Source: Octopus vulgaris (taxonomy: Eukaryota). Taken from it: a stretch of 64,000 nucleotides of DNA. The position numbers and the translations under genes are program-made. The stretch is taken from the NCBI GenBank assembly GCA_951406725.2, contig OX597815.1:37634001-37698000 (forward strand), written 5' to 3'. Positions 1 to 12,423 of this stretch are shown here, in pieces; the first letter of the stretch is position 1, and each line of letters opens with the position of its first letter. The notes below the pieces were generated by a model. It did not search any database. It worked only from the letters and a program-made list of their open reading frames with translations, and was not told the origin of the DNA.

Positions 1-509
1 AAATTCCTTTCCATACAAATGAAATCTTACTCATTCTGTGTATTTTTTCAGAAAGAGTTTTCTGAATTGGATAGTATTTACGTTTACTTACCTTTAGATA
101 AAAAAAATCCTGAAATTCCAATGCAACCATTTTTTCTCACACGGAATTTCTAATATACTGTCCACACTGCACACTGCTCATTTATCACACCAGGAACAAT
201 CATTTTGATTTGTCGACCAATTTTTTGGGGCATGTTTATGTTTATGACAGTTTGAACTTACCAATGCCACTGGAACTAATAGTACAAATAACAGAGCTGT
301 ACTCACCCTCTCCTCTCTCTTTCCCTGCCTCTCGCCCTCACTGTGACCAGAGAACATGACCGTGGGCTGTTTTTCTCTTTGAAACGCAGCTGTATATTTA
401 TATATTAGCTGTTTGAATCTTCGTCTTAGTTTTCTTCATATTTGTGCAATCTCCCCATCTTGTAGTGTTTCTGAACGCAGTCGGATAGGTACATAGGTAA
501 TATGAACAG

Positions 510-880
510 ACAAGCACACATACACACACACACACGCAAATGAAGAGAGAAACACATGACCATATACACATACACTTCACTTCACACAAGGACACATATA
601 GAGACACACATCCACACATATAGAGACACATCCATACATACAAACACACACACATGCAAGCACACACCCACATTAAAGCACACAAACAGGAATACACAAA
701 CACATGAATATGCAGAATACATGCATACAAGCGTACACACATACATACATATATACATACGCGTGCACACACACACATACATACATGCATACACACACTT
801 ACATGCATGCATACATACATACATACATACCTACATGTGTATGCGCGCGCACACTGACCCACACACATGCGCACAAACAA
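510..880. repeat. Degenerate (CA)n/(TACA)n microsatellite tract
   Basis: Direct reading; explains the H/T/Y-rich and C/V/M-rich ORFs here. Confidence 0.9.
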
Positions 881-2289
881 ACAAAAAGAATGCTGCTCGG
901 ATAACAGACAGAGTCAACAACTATTGAAGAGGTTGCAAAACGCAACGAAAGTTTTAGAAAAATAAATATGCAAATGAAGCTATTTCGAAGCTATGAGTTT
1001 CATGTAATAGAAGTGAAGGAGCTGTTCTCTGTTATCACCAGTCTGTAACCAAAGTTCAGTATCAAGTACAGGGAGTCTATTGTTGGGGAGCATATTGGGG
1101 TAATCTATAGTTACCTTGATACTTTGTGGATGGAGTTAGCTACTTGCTGGTTGCCCTACGTTATGTTCTTCCCAATTTCTACATTATTGTTACTATAGTT
1201 GGTCTTCAACAACTACAGAAAAGGTTACAAGACGCAACGAAAACTATAGAAAAATAAATAAGTAAATTAGTGAAAATTTTACCGGTGAATGTGTTAAGTT
1301 ATAAAGCACTAAAAGAGAATGACTCTCCCCAGACGCAACAGAATATGCTTCAACACAAGAACTCACATAAAGAATCTTGCAAACCAAATGTTGCAAACCA
1401 AATTCAAAAACGAAATAATTTTTATTTATTTCAATGAATTTTCGCAAACGTGTGGTTCCATCTGGCTAGTGCTATTAATACAAGGGAGACAACCATCACC
1501 TCACAGTATGAGATACCAATTAGAAATTTGTATTTGTAGTTAAGAAATATGAGGAAGAATATTTATATAGATCACGTATTTAATTATTTCTTATCTATTA
1601 TGAAGTTGTTGCAATTTCTCTTTGGTGTTAATTGTTTTCATCATTTTGTATAAGCGATGAGAAATTTAGCAAAAATAGTAACATTAAAATTAATGTACGT
1701 CTGCTATATTTCTTGATATTGCCCATGGTGGCAGAAGTATATTTCCAAATTTACCTGTCATAAGACGAGTAAACCGTATGTGGGGAAGATAATTATAGTA
1801 AAAAATGCTATGTAACTCTCCGAACAAGAGGTGATATTTGAAAAAAAAAGTGAAACAAATAATGCTGGAATATCTAACAAGCTCTTGCAACTACACTACC
1901 TCTTTTATTTCTTTCCTCTTGCAGAAATAAAAAAAAAAGTTGGCGATAAATGAATCACATAGCTAAATATCTGGGCCAAACTATTTCCAAATTGGCTTAA
2001 TTTGTACTAGCGATTATTTCTGCAGCCAGCTTTCATCTTAATCACATTTACTGCGTCACCTCTCCAGAATGATTCTATTAACCTTGCTAACAGACATTGC
2101 TTCATATATCTTAGGTAGCCGTTAATAGCTATCGTTGTCGCAAATGTCATTATTCTGCACGATCTCTCTCTCTCTCTCTTTCTGTTCTCTGCCATACCCA
2201 TATTCTAAAACATCATTAGCTTTTATTTTTGCAAACGGATGAACAAAACGGATGAACAAAACGAACTAAATGTCTTCCAGTGCAGAGTT

Positions 2290-3089
2290 TCATGCTTTCA
2301 GTGCATCTTTGGTGTTACAAGAAGTTTTGTCCGTCTCTCACTCAACTGCGCCCCGCACATATTAATGAAAGGCGTTGCAGTCTGGGGAGTTAGGTGGCTA
2401 TATATTAGGGGTGATGTGGTCGCAGAAATTGTCTGACAGCCATGCCCGGGATTTCCTGCTAATGTGGCAGGGTGCAGATTCCTGTTGCCAGACATAGGGT
2501 CTTCCAGCAGCCATCCTCTTGACCCATGTTGGGTCTGAGGGCGTGTTGGAAGATGAACGGAGGTATAACGTCGCCATCACTAGTGACTACTCCAAACATG
2601 TTGACTTGATGTTTGATTTTTGTCACTCTTGGTACATATTGTAGGCACACAGCAAGCCTACGGTTTTTCTGTGTGTTCACCATCTGATTCTGGCAGAAAC
2701 TTTTCTTGTTTGAGAAAAACCAAAGCATGTTCAGTTGGAGGAGATGCTTGAGTTTGTTCAAAAGCTTCGTAGCACGGTCTTTCCTCTTGTTATTGATGGA
2801 TGGGATAAAAATTGACCCTTTCTCATCTTCTATAAGGAATACCCAATGTCTTCATGCACTACCTGCCTGATAAGAAACTCAGACACTCCCATATCACTGG
2901 CGATGGACCTGATTGACATGGAGGGATCATTGTCAATCCTGAGCTTACGTCATAGTGCTGTTTTTCTCACAGACGGTGCCCCACAGATCCTACTATACTA
3001 TATAGTCAATAAAATGAAACACAAACAATGCGCATGCGCGAAATTAAAATGTAAAATAGCGACGGTGACAATTTACCCATTGCATCCTG
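2290..3089 (-). mobile_element. Decayed, internally deleted maT (DD37D) Tc1/mariner element
   Basis: Minus-strand peptides MFGVVTSDGDVIPPFIF and WQQESAPCH..WLSDNFCDHITPNI*PPNSPDCN. Terminus (TA)CAGGATGCAATGGGTAAATTGTC matches the ends at 20217 and 63939. Confidence 0.85.
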
Positions 3090-3659
3090 TATATAGAATT
3101 TATATAGCTACATAATTTATATATCTATATATATATAAAATTCACTGTCTGTGTTTGTGTGTGTGTTTCCTCTATGCACGGCCAAACCATTGCATCAATG
3201 TGTACCAAATTTGGCATGAAGTGTTTTCATTACTCGGGGAAGTTTCTAGGGTGGGGGAATTTGGGTTCTTGCCCATATAGGAGGCTGTATCCTCCCCTAT
3301 GTGACCCTTTCGATTTTTTCAGCGGTATAATAGTTTCACTTTCATTCCTTCACTTTTGATAACGCTAATTGTCTCACTTTTATTCTTTCACTTTTGACTA
3401 CCGACTTTTTTCAGCGTTAAAATATTGTTCCATTTTTATTCTTTCACTTTTGGTTAGACCATGATATTGTTTATACTACATACATACAGCTACTTACAAA
3501 GATAGAGATTAATGTACAATTTTTTCTGTGTTCATAATTTTTGTTTACAATATTGAAAGATACCACCAAAGAAAAGATGTAATCTTTGCAGAAACAACTA
3601 TAAAGCAAGGAGGATTGTAGAAAACCGAACGCGACAGTCTCAAGAAAGAAAGGAAGTGA

Positions 3660-3835
3660 GACTTTCTCAATATCAGCAAACGCATGCTGCAGCACGTGAA
3701 ATGCAGTTTCAAGAGAGAAGGTAGGGGAGTCTTTCGCAAGATCAGTAAACGCATGCTGCAGCACGTCGAATGCAGTCTCAAGAGGGAAGGGCAATTAGAC
3801 TTGCTCAAGATCAGCAAACGCATGCTGCAGGACGT
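3660..3835 (+). repeat. Three 69-bp tandem units encoding 23-aa (STPR-like) repeats of the Helitron protein
   Basis: AAACGCATGCTGCAG starts at 3678, 3747 and 3816; translates as ..QDQQTHAAAR.. units. Confidence 0.8.
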
Positions 3836-4469
3836 CTGATGGTGTTTCAGTACAGAAAGGAGATGCGCCTTTCCCCAAATTTCCAAATGAAACTAATAGC
3901 ATGCGCTGCTCAGGCGGTAAAGTAAGATTGCTAGCATTATAGCTCCTCCGCAACATCTTATAGATCTTCTGGAAGGTACTTCCATCCAGTGAAAGGATTC
4001 TCCGAACAATATCAGATAATATAACTCTGCATTTCAAATTATATCCTTTGTTGTTTCTAAGGAGATAGTTGATTATGGATTTACGCCAACGTTCAAAGTT
4101 CAAGGGCGAGTCATTTCTTCCATGTTACCCACAAATGAACAACCACTGTTCCTCCAAATTTTCTTCGTGAGTGATGTAGACAACAAAACGGATGTAGGTG
4201 TCAATACATCAGATGATGGGTCGTGTTAGACGCAGCACCGACTACCACAAAGGAGAGTATATCCACTGACAGTTTTTTGGTGGGTTCAAAAATCACATGC
4301 ACCCACCTCCCAATTTCCATGACAGGTTAGGACCTGGAATACTCCAAACAGAGGTATGACATGACGCTTAGTCGAAATAGCCCATCATTTACTCAACAAA
4401 TGTTTTCTCAATGCTGCACTTTCCCGTATCACCTTTTTCAACATAACTGTAATATATATATACAAACTA

Positions 4470-5258
4470 GGGCGGCGAGCTGGCAGAAACGTTACCACGC
4501 CGGGCGAAATGCTTAGCGGTCTTTCTTCTGCCGCTATGTTCTGAGTTCAAATTCCGCCGAGGTCGACTTTGCCTTTCATCCTTTCGCGGTCGATTAAATA
4601 AGTACCACTTACGCACTGGGGTCGATGTAATCAACTTATTCCTTTTGTCTGTCCTTGTTTGTCCTCTCTGTGTTTAGCCCCTCGTGGGTAGTAAAGAAAT
4701 AGGTATTTCTTCTGCCGCTACGTTTTGAGTTCAAATCCCGCCGAGGTCGACTTTGCCTTTCATCCTTTCGGGGTCGATTAAATAAGTACCAGTTACGCAC
4801 CGGTGTCGATATAATCGACTTAATCCGTTTGTATGTCCTTGTTTGTCCTCTCTATGTTTAGCCCCTTGTGGGTAGTAAAGAAATAGGTATTTCGTCTGCT
4901 GTTACGTTCTGAGTTCAAATTCTGCCGAGGTCGACTTTGCCTTTCATTCTTTCGGGGTCGATAAATTAAGTACCATTTGCACACTGGGGTCGATGTAATC
5001 CTTTGTCAGTCCTAGTTTTCCCCCTCTCTGTTTATCCCCTTGTGGGCAATAAAGAAATAAGAAACGTTAGCACGCCGGGTGAAATGCTTTGCGGTATTTC
5101 GTCTATCTCTATGTTCTGAGTTCAAATTCCGCCGAGGTCGACTCTTTCTTTCAGCTTTTGGGGGTCGATAAACTAAGTACCAATTGCGTACTGGGATCGA
5201 TGTAATTGACTGGCCCCCTCCCCCAAAATTTCGAGCCTTGTGCCTAGAGTAGAAAAGA
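4470..5258 (+). mobile_element. Tetrameric tRNA-derived SINE (type A; octopus OR-like, Nin/Deu-like core)
   Basis: Four copies of the core GTTCTGAGTTCAAATTCCGCCGAGGTCGACTTTGCCTTTCATCCTTTCGGGGTCGAT, flanked by the direct repeat TATACAAACTA. Confidence 0.9.
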
Positions 5259-5369
5259 ATATGTATACAAACTATGTTTTTCTAATCCCGAGCCACGCCG
5301 GGTATCTCTGCTAGTATATATATATGTGTGAGTATTTACATATATATATGTTTGTGTGTGTGCGCGCGC

Positions 5370-5426
<57 letters not shown>

Positions 5427-5439
5427 TGTGCGTGTTCAT

Positions 5440-6150
5440 CCTAAGAATTTTGAAAGGAAATTCTCCAGATTGTTAACAAATTTTTACTGCAGCGCTTACC
5501 GATTATATTTGGAGAATGCAAATCAGTTTCTTTTATTCTTTCGTTGACATTCGTGGATAACCGCTGATGATATGCGTGATATCTTAGCACAGTTGTGCAC
5601 CAAACGATATATTTTTTGTCGCAACGTGGATCGAGAAGCATTCTTGCCACCTATCTCCTGTTCTTAGATAACAAAGACGTAACATTTTATAGGAAATGTT
5701 ACAATTTGTGAGCAAAAAGTCTTTTCCATCCGTAAATGCTTACGTACAAAACGAATTTTCCTGCTGTAGCGAGGCAGAAGATAAACCACTAACAGCAAAA
5801 ATTTCCAAAGGGTCCTACAAAATAAAGGCTGCCTGCTATCTTTTATCGGAAAAGGATTGTATGCATCAAAGGATGGCCCACACTTCAAGCGTGTATTCCC
5901 TGAGATCATCATATCTCGAAGATAGACCTAATAATGCATTACAGCGAGAGCTCTGTAGAGAGGAAATGAACATGCAGTCATTGTCCTCCGGCCCCTCTTT
6001 GTTTTCAAACCATCCAATACACAGTAACAAGGTGTTTACACTTGTCAACTGCTCTATCAACAATATGGACATGTGCTGGATGGCTACGTAGTGTAAAGAT
6101 TTGTCTAAAATAAACGTGATGGTTTTTACGTCGAAAGCGCCATCAAAGTA
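5440..6150 (+). pseudogene. Possible highly decayed L1/Tx1-type ORF2 C-terminal fragment
   Basis: Stop-poor stretch. NALQRELC and a frameshifted EHAVI-CP loosely resemble the region around the ORF2 cysteine motif. Weak. Confidence 0.3.
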
Positions 6151-6604
6151 TTATATATCTTAATCAATGATCAGGGGCAGACAAACACATCATTCAAGAA
6201 AACAGCTGGAGAAAGTAACTTAGGGATCAAAGGAGCACTTTCATTAATGAACTGAAACTGTCAACCGACAAAACCATGAGTTACACAAAGCAAACTGAAC
6301 ATTGTAAACCCCTATACATATCTAAGCAAAATATTCAAGCTGGACACCTTCTTTATCATAAAGGACTGATGTTAACTTCAAAATATTGAAATAAAATGTA
6401 AAGTGGTAACTGCTGCTCTGTCTCACCTCTGACTTAACACCTTTATTTCAGTTGCATTTCTTGATTTTTGAACAATTACAATGTTAATTTCATACGCAGA
6501 CACACAACACACCACACACATCACACATACACACACACACACAAACAACTAACATATGCTTAAGCATACACACATATGCAAGTATATACATATATTAAAT
6601 TATA

Positions 6605-7190
6605 TAAATAATATTTCATAAGCTTAAAACTTATAAGGGATTACCGTACAATGACGAAAGAAAATAGACTAATACTGGGGCATATAAGTACTTGACGGGG
6701 AAAAAAGTAGGGTTTCCGTACACATGCGTCACGGACCACAGCTCTTTGTTTTCCCGTGAAGTGCGTTACCACTTCACCAAGTAGTGATGATTTTTAGAAT
6801 TCTGTAAATTCTTTAGTCGTTACGAGGTGATCGATTATAAGCTTTAAGCTTATAAAATATTATTATTATCACTTACAGTACTGTAAAATTGGACACTGCT
6901 TACCAAAAACCATCACAGAAAACGCAGATGAATTAATTATAGTTCTTAAATCTGACGTAAATAAACCAGGGGTACGTTGGTATAATCGTGAAACACATGT
7001 CGTGAAAACGAAGAGTTATCGTTCGAGTCCCATTCGTATGAAGCCCTATTTTTTTCCACCGAGGGCTTATATGCCCCTATATTCGACTATTTTCTTTAAT
7101 CATTGCTCCGTGATCGTTTATAAGCTTTAAGATTATAAAATATTATTATTATTATTATTCTTTACAGAAATATAAAAATCGACACTGCTT
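6605..7190. mobile_element. Cluster of tRNA-headed SINE-like copies: one inverted pair plus one direct partial repeat
   Basis: 6607-6770 is a diverged reverse complement of ~6985-7150; 6826-6901 repeats at 7110-7190; B-box-like GTTCGAGTCCC at 7021. Confidence 0.6.
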
Positions 7191-7444
7191 GTACATCTCG
7201 ATCTCCCAACTGTGATTCTCTTTTTTCCTCTGTCTATATCTCTCTCCTATAGACTAATGTTTGTGTAGATGTACATACACTCACATATCTATTCATAATT
7301 ATACAACTCCCTGTTTCTCTCTCTACCACCCCCTGATTTTCGTCCTCTCTCCATTCCTCTTATTCTCTCCTTATTTTCTCTCTGTCTCTCTGTCTCTCTC
7401 TGTCTCTCTCTCTCTCTTTCCCTTTCTCTTTCTCTATGTATACA

Positions 7445-8230
7445 CTGCAGCAATGTCGCGTATTTGGAAAATCAAAGGGTTGCAATTACTCTAGCGAGCT
7501 TGGAAAATTGCAGACGGAGATCTTCCAAACCTTAACGCAGCAACATTGAAGAGCATTCTTTGCTCTAGAACTACAACCCAGGATTGTCCTATATGTCTAT
7601 CCACTGAGTCAACTCCCAAAACAGTCTTTAATTTTTCCAAAGAAGCGGCCTCAGTACAGAAAAGATGATTCCTCACAGGAAACCGAAGGAGAATAAATGA
7701 AATAGTGAACTAACAATTCAAAAATGTTTTCACCACCCCGTTAGAACACAAGCAAGAAAAAAAGCAGAGGCGTTCTTTGTCACTACATCTGTAACCAAGG
7801 AAGCGATATTAAATGTTTACAGTGACATCAAAGAAGATCAAGCCGAGGCAAACTCAGCTGCTGGCCTTGATGGATTCCTAACAATCCTTTTGAAATCATG
7901 TGAACAACTGCAGCTTCTTTTATAAAGCTTCCTTACATGTAGTAAGTTCAAGTGCAAAACGAAGCGAGAAATAATATTCACTATCTACAAAGGATTAAGC
8001 AGTAGTGATACTTAAAACTATATGCCTATTTCTCTCTGACCTTACACATCAGCGATGTCATAGAACGAATATGCAGAAATAAAGAAATGCGACCCTTGAA
8101 GAGAGTGATTTTCTAGGTGATACTCAGCGTGATTTTCGGTCAAGCAGAAACTTTCACACACAACCCTTAGGACACTACGACTGGGTGTTAAAGCAGTTGC
8201 TCAACAGTTCAAACGTGGACGTGAACTTTC
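7445..8230 (+). mobile_element. Decayed CR1-group LINE RT fragment
   Basis: Remnants NSAAGLDGF, NYMPISL and QRDFRSSR correspond to the GPDG, NYRPISL and QHGFR motifs. Confidence 0.7.
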
Positions 8231-8793
8231 AGAATATGAGATCAGGTAACCATGACGGTCCTCTTGAAGACCTATCCTCGTCTCTAACCTCTCCTCTGAC
8301 AGTATTACCCGTCCATTCCTGAGTATAATCCCCAAAATTCACTACCATGTAACTACCATCTGCCCTCTTTAAACCCATTGCAGAAGGTCTAATGTATTTT
8401 ATAAATGCACCGTCCTCAACACGTTACACAATTATACAACCATATATACAGGATCAACTATAAATTCTAAACAGCGATACGCTGCGCTCTCGATCCTTTT
8501 AGATACGAGAAACATAGTAAATCCACAACACTAACCAGTCACATGTATCATCTCAAAAATAGAAATATTCCCGATATCTTGTCATAGTTCATAATAGATT
8601 CAGTGCTTCCCTACCAAGTCAACACTCAGTCTGTAAGTTATGCTTAAAAGAAGCATTCTACATATTAAAACACAACTCTTCAATACAACTAAATAAATAT
8701 AATGGCTAGACCATCGCGGATCTTCTTCTAGCATAATGGATGACCACTTACGGGTCATCCCTTTTATATGTATGTAATACATACACACATACA

Positions 8794-8845
<52 letters not shown>

Positions 8846-11004
8846 TATATATACCAGTCTTTGCCTACTATAGCTGATAATATTGTTTCAATGTCTAAAG
8901 GTCCTTTCTGCTGCTTTTTCACTAATTAGGCAGTTATTGCTTGTAATACTCTCGGACAGGATTTTACACTTATTGCGCATAGTTTTACATAGAAACATTC
9001 AAAAGTTTCATTTTACCACACTGTAATTTATGGACCACATATTGTTGTTTAACTCCACTTCAGTTCTAACCGAACAGCCCTATGATGTTTAGACATTTTC
9101 TTGTTGAACAAAATTATTCATTGCATTATCCCATTAACATTCTATAAACAGACGAGGCATAACCTGGAAAATATTTAACGTTGTTTCTCTAGAAGCCCCA
9201 TCATATTGTCGAAACTATAAATCTTGCTATTATTTCTTTTGTTTAGTCTCTTTTATGTGCATCATTTTCATATTTTCTATTGAAAGAGTTTCCTGTGCGT
9301 TGTAGGTTGAGAATGCAGAATTAGATATGCTATAGTTATGAGTGAAACACCACGGATATTATAGGAGAATCCACTAATATCTGAAGGAGAGAAGAACATA
9401 CAAGTTTATTACATATAATGTACATTAAAAATCGAAAACTAGCATCTTGCAGAAATAGGTGTAAATGAAGGAGTCTTCAGGAAACGATTTAACAAAACAA
9501 ATGACTACATATTATTGTTGTTTAGTACCAGCTAAAATTTTGGTCGAGAAATCAGAAGCTTTCCAGATTTGCTTATTTGTTTCGGGCAGACAGCTTCAAT
9601 ATCTAATCTCTACTTGCCTTGCATAAGACGGTGGGGTAAGGTTTGGTTGTTGTGTCTTGTAGTTGGATATCTATTGCTATATTGCACAGAAAAAGCAATC
9701 ACAGGTGAGTTAGTATTGTATAGGAGAAGAGTATATGCATGGAAGGTTTGGAAGCAGCGAAAGTTATACTAAGATCTCCAGAAATGAATATTATTTAAAA
9801 ATAATACTACGGATTTTGTTTGTATCTTGGTAAACAAGTAAACAATATTATTCTGAAGTACTCTTTGATATAAAGGAATAAATACATATAATAAGAAATG
9901 TAATTTGGTTTTGAAATCCAAAATTACAATTTTCGACAATTTCCTATCAGACAAAGATAACACGACATCTTCACAATGCAACAGAGTTATTATCAAACAC
10001 TCAATGATATAGAATTTCTGAAGCAGTAAGACGCTTCTATTTTGCAAAACTCAATCTCTCTTTCCAATCTCTATATCCATAAACATATATACGCAAACAC
10101 ACACTCACATGTATTTATGTACGTGTGTATATGTGTATATATGTCTATGCGTGTGTGTATGTGTGTATATATAAATATTATATACATACATACACGTATA
10201 TATATACACATACCAGTAAAGAAATACGATAATGAATAAATACAGCCGTACAATTTCAATTTATTTAACACATTTCATCTTTTGATTCTTTAACAATAAG
10301 TGCTGAATTGAGATGGAAAAAATATTGTGTGCACTCTTAAAAGTAATTTAGAAGATAATGTGGTAAGAGCGTTACTGAGGGAAAATGAAATTAACGTGAA
10401 GGTGCGATGCCTATTATTTAGGATATTGGAAACACGATAATAAGGTTGTGAAGTAAATTCATGAAGCGATGGCAGGTTGTCCCCTTAAGGAATGAACTTC
10501 ATTTCATGCTACTTCACTATACTCACCTGAAAATAGGTATCATCTAAGCGTTAGTGCAGCAAGCTCTCTTTCTGCGACTGTCATACATCTCCAATGTTTC
10601 GTTCAGTCAAGACAAAGAGGGCTAAGGTGGAATATCGGCTCGCGAATACTTATATTACTAAGACAGTAAGCGTGTTATATGAAACCAAATCATACTCGTT
10701 TGCTATTAACGTCTATAGTTTTATGGAATGACGTGAGAATGTGGGATTGTAAAGAAAGTATCTTTTGTAGGAAAAGCCATGAAACGAAAAAAAAAGGAGT
10801 GAGATTGTAGACATTGTTGAAAACTGAGAAAATATGAAATATAAGGAATTGAACAGTGTATGAAGAGAGTTATAGAAAGAGTAAGAGAGTGAGACAGGGG
10901 TAGGAGGTTTAGAATGTTCGATTATGTAGAAGACAAGTTGATTAATAATCAATAATGAAGGAATAAGCGTATGGGAAAGTATATATATATATATATATAT
11001 ATAT

Positions 11005-11197
11005 ACGGTCGCCATGATAGATCGTTAGCCACTGCACACCTTTTTTCTCTCTCCTTGTTTTTCTGATACCTTTCTGTAGAAGAGCGTAGGCACGAAACGT
11101 AAAAGACTTTTTCTATTCCTGAGCGTTATATTAATACATCTGTTTGTTTTGTACACCACCTGTCTTCGTCTTTTTTTTTTTTCGTAAACTTTCCCTA
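11005..11197 (+). mobile_element. Penelope-like terminal fragment with hammerhead-like motif
   Basis: Reverse-complement homologue at ~40046-40240; CTGTAGA-AGAGC-GTAG-GCAC-GAAACGTA. Confidence 0.6.
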
Positions 11198-11495
11198 TAT
11201 ATATATATATATATTGTCGAAAGAATGAGAAAGGAGAGCATAATATATGTTGCAGAGAATAGATATTCTTAAAAATTGAAGCTCGCAGAAGCGCGAAACT
11301 CGAGTCACAAGAAAAACAATCAGCTCGAGATTTAATAAAAAATGCAATTTCTGTGTGTGTGAGGGTGTGCGTAAAAATGTGTGTGTAGGAGTATGTGTGA
11401 GCGTGGTTATGTATGTGTTCATATGCATACGTACTTATCTATCTATCTATTTATCTATCTATACATACATACATACATACATACATACATACATT

Positions 11496-12260
11496 CGAGG
11501 TCTGGTCAATAAGTATCTGGACTGTTGCCATAGAAACGAAGCTAAACCACGCAGATTAAACCCGCTTGGCATAGATTCACCTTCAACTTTGCTGTGCATG
11601 CGCATTGAGTTGCAACGTTCTAGCTCACTCCCGCTGCTTACAGTAGTGCTAGGAAGGAAAGTGTGTAGCTTGTGATCGTCTCATTGACCATGACAGAAAG
11701 TTGTCATGGCAATACCTGCTCAGAGGCCTACGTAAAGTTGCAGAATGTGTATGAAGAGGAGTGTCTAAGCCGCACACAATAGTACGAGTGGCTAGTCGTT
11801 TCTAAGATGGCCGAGAAAATGCCGATATTGATGGATGTGCTGGGACACCTGCAACCAGCGGAACTGAGAAAAACATCGCGGATGTGCGTGCAGCTGTGGG
11901 GAAAATCGTCGAATCACCATCTGTAAGTTATCAAAGAATGTGCAGATTAGTTACGATTCAGTTCAGTGTATTATTACTGAAAATCTGGGTATGAGATGAG
12001 TGTCTGCCAAGTTTATGACAAAGTCTATCTCGGCGGAATTTTGAACACAGAACACAGGAAGAAATGTAGCTAAGCATTTTGTGCGGTATGCACTCGGGTT
12101 TCAGTTGCACAAGATATCCTTGATTATGTCTAGAACGATAAAAAATTTTGAAAACCTCGCGTAGGCCTCTGAGCATGTATCGCCAAGCTTTTGACAAAAT
12201 TTAATGTAGATTTTCTGCTCAACTGTCATGTTCAATGTGACGACCACACGCTACGCACCT
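11496..12260 (+). mobile_element. Fold-back non-autonomous mariner (N-terminal HTH region plus inverted copy of its 5' part)
   Basis: Terminus CGAGGTCTGGTCAATAAGT; peptide SEAYVKLQNVYEEECLSRTQ..ENRRITI..LGMR*VSAKF; 12160-12258 is the reverse complement of 11661-11732. Confidence 0.8.
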
Positions 12261-12423
12261 TTGATGCAAAAAGTGCTTCACGATGATTTGTTGTGACTGA
12301 GTTTTTATGGTGTTATTAGTCTTGACTCTTTAAATTACAGAGTGTCTGTTTATGCAATTAATAATATTCGTTAAATTATTTAAAATATATAATTAGTTGT
12401 CAATTTATAGTATTACATATATA

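Larger units (their letters stand above)
3124..5314 (+). mobile_element. Non-autonomous Helitron with remnant N-terminal Rep-helicase coding sequence; SINE multimer nested inside
   Basis: 5' TCTATATATATATAAAA, 3' hairpin CCCGAGCCACGCCGGG followed by CTAG, inserted between A3123 and T5315. Internal peptides KFPNETNSMRCSGGKV and NNIR*YNSAFQIISF..FTPTFKVQG..FLQIFF are typical of Helitron RepHel. Confidence 0.9.

Noticed and set aside
80-310. Three minus-strand GT(A/G)AGT donor-like sites suggesting host exons
   Set aside because: No supporting reading frame or recognisable peptide; cannot be tested without transcripts.
398-927. Long Cys/Val- or His/Thr-rich ORFs here and at many other sites
   Set aside because: They are translations of CA/TACA/TATG microsatellites.
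4470-5258. Regularly spaced repeats that might suggest a CRISPR array
   Set aside because: Whole ~180-bp units are repeated with no unique spacers; SINE sequence in a eukaryotic context.
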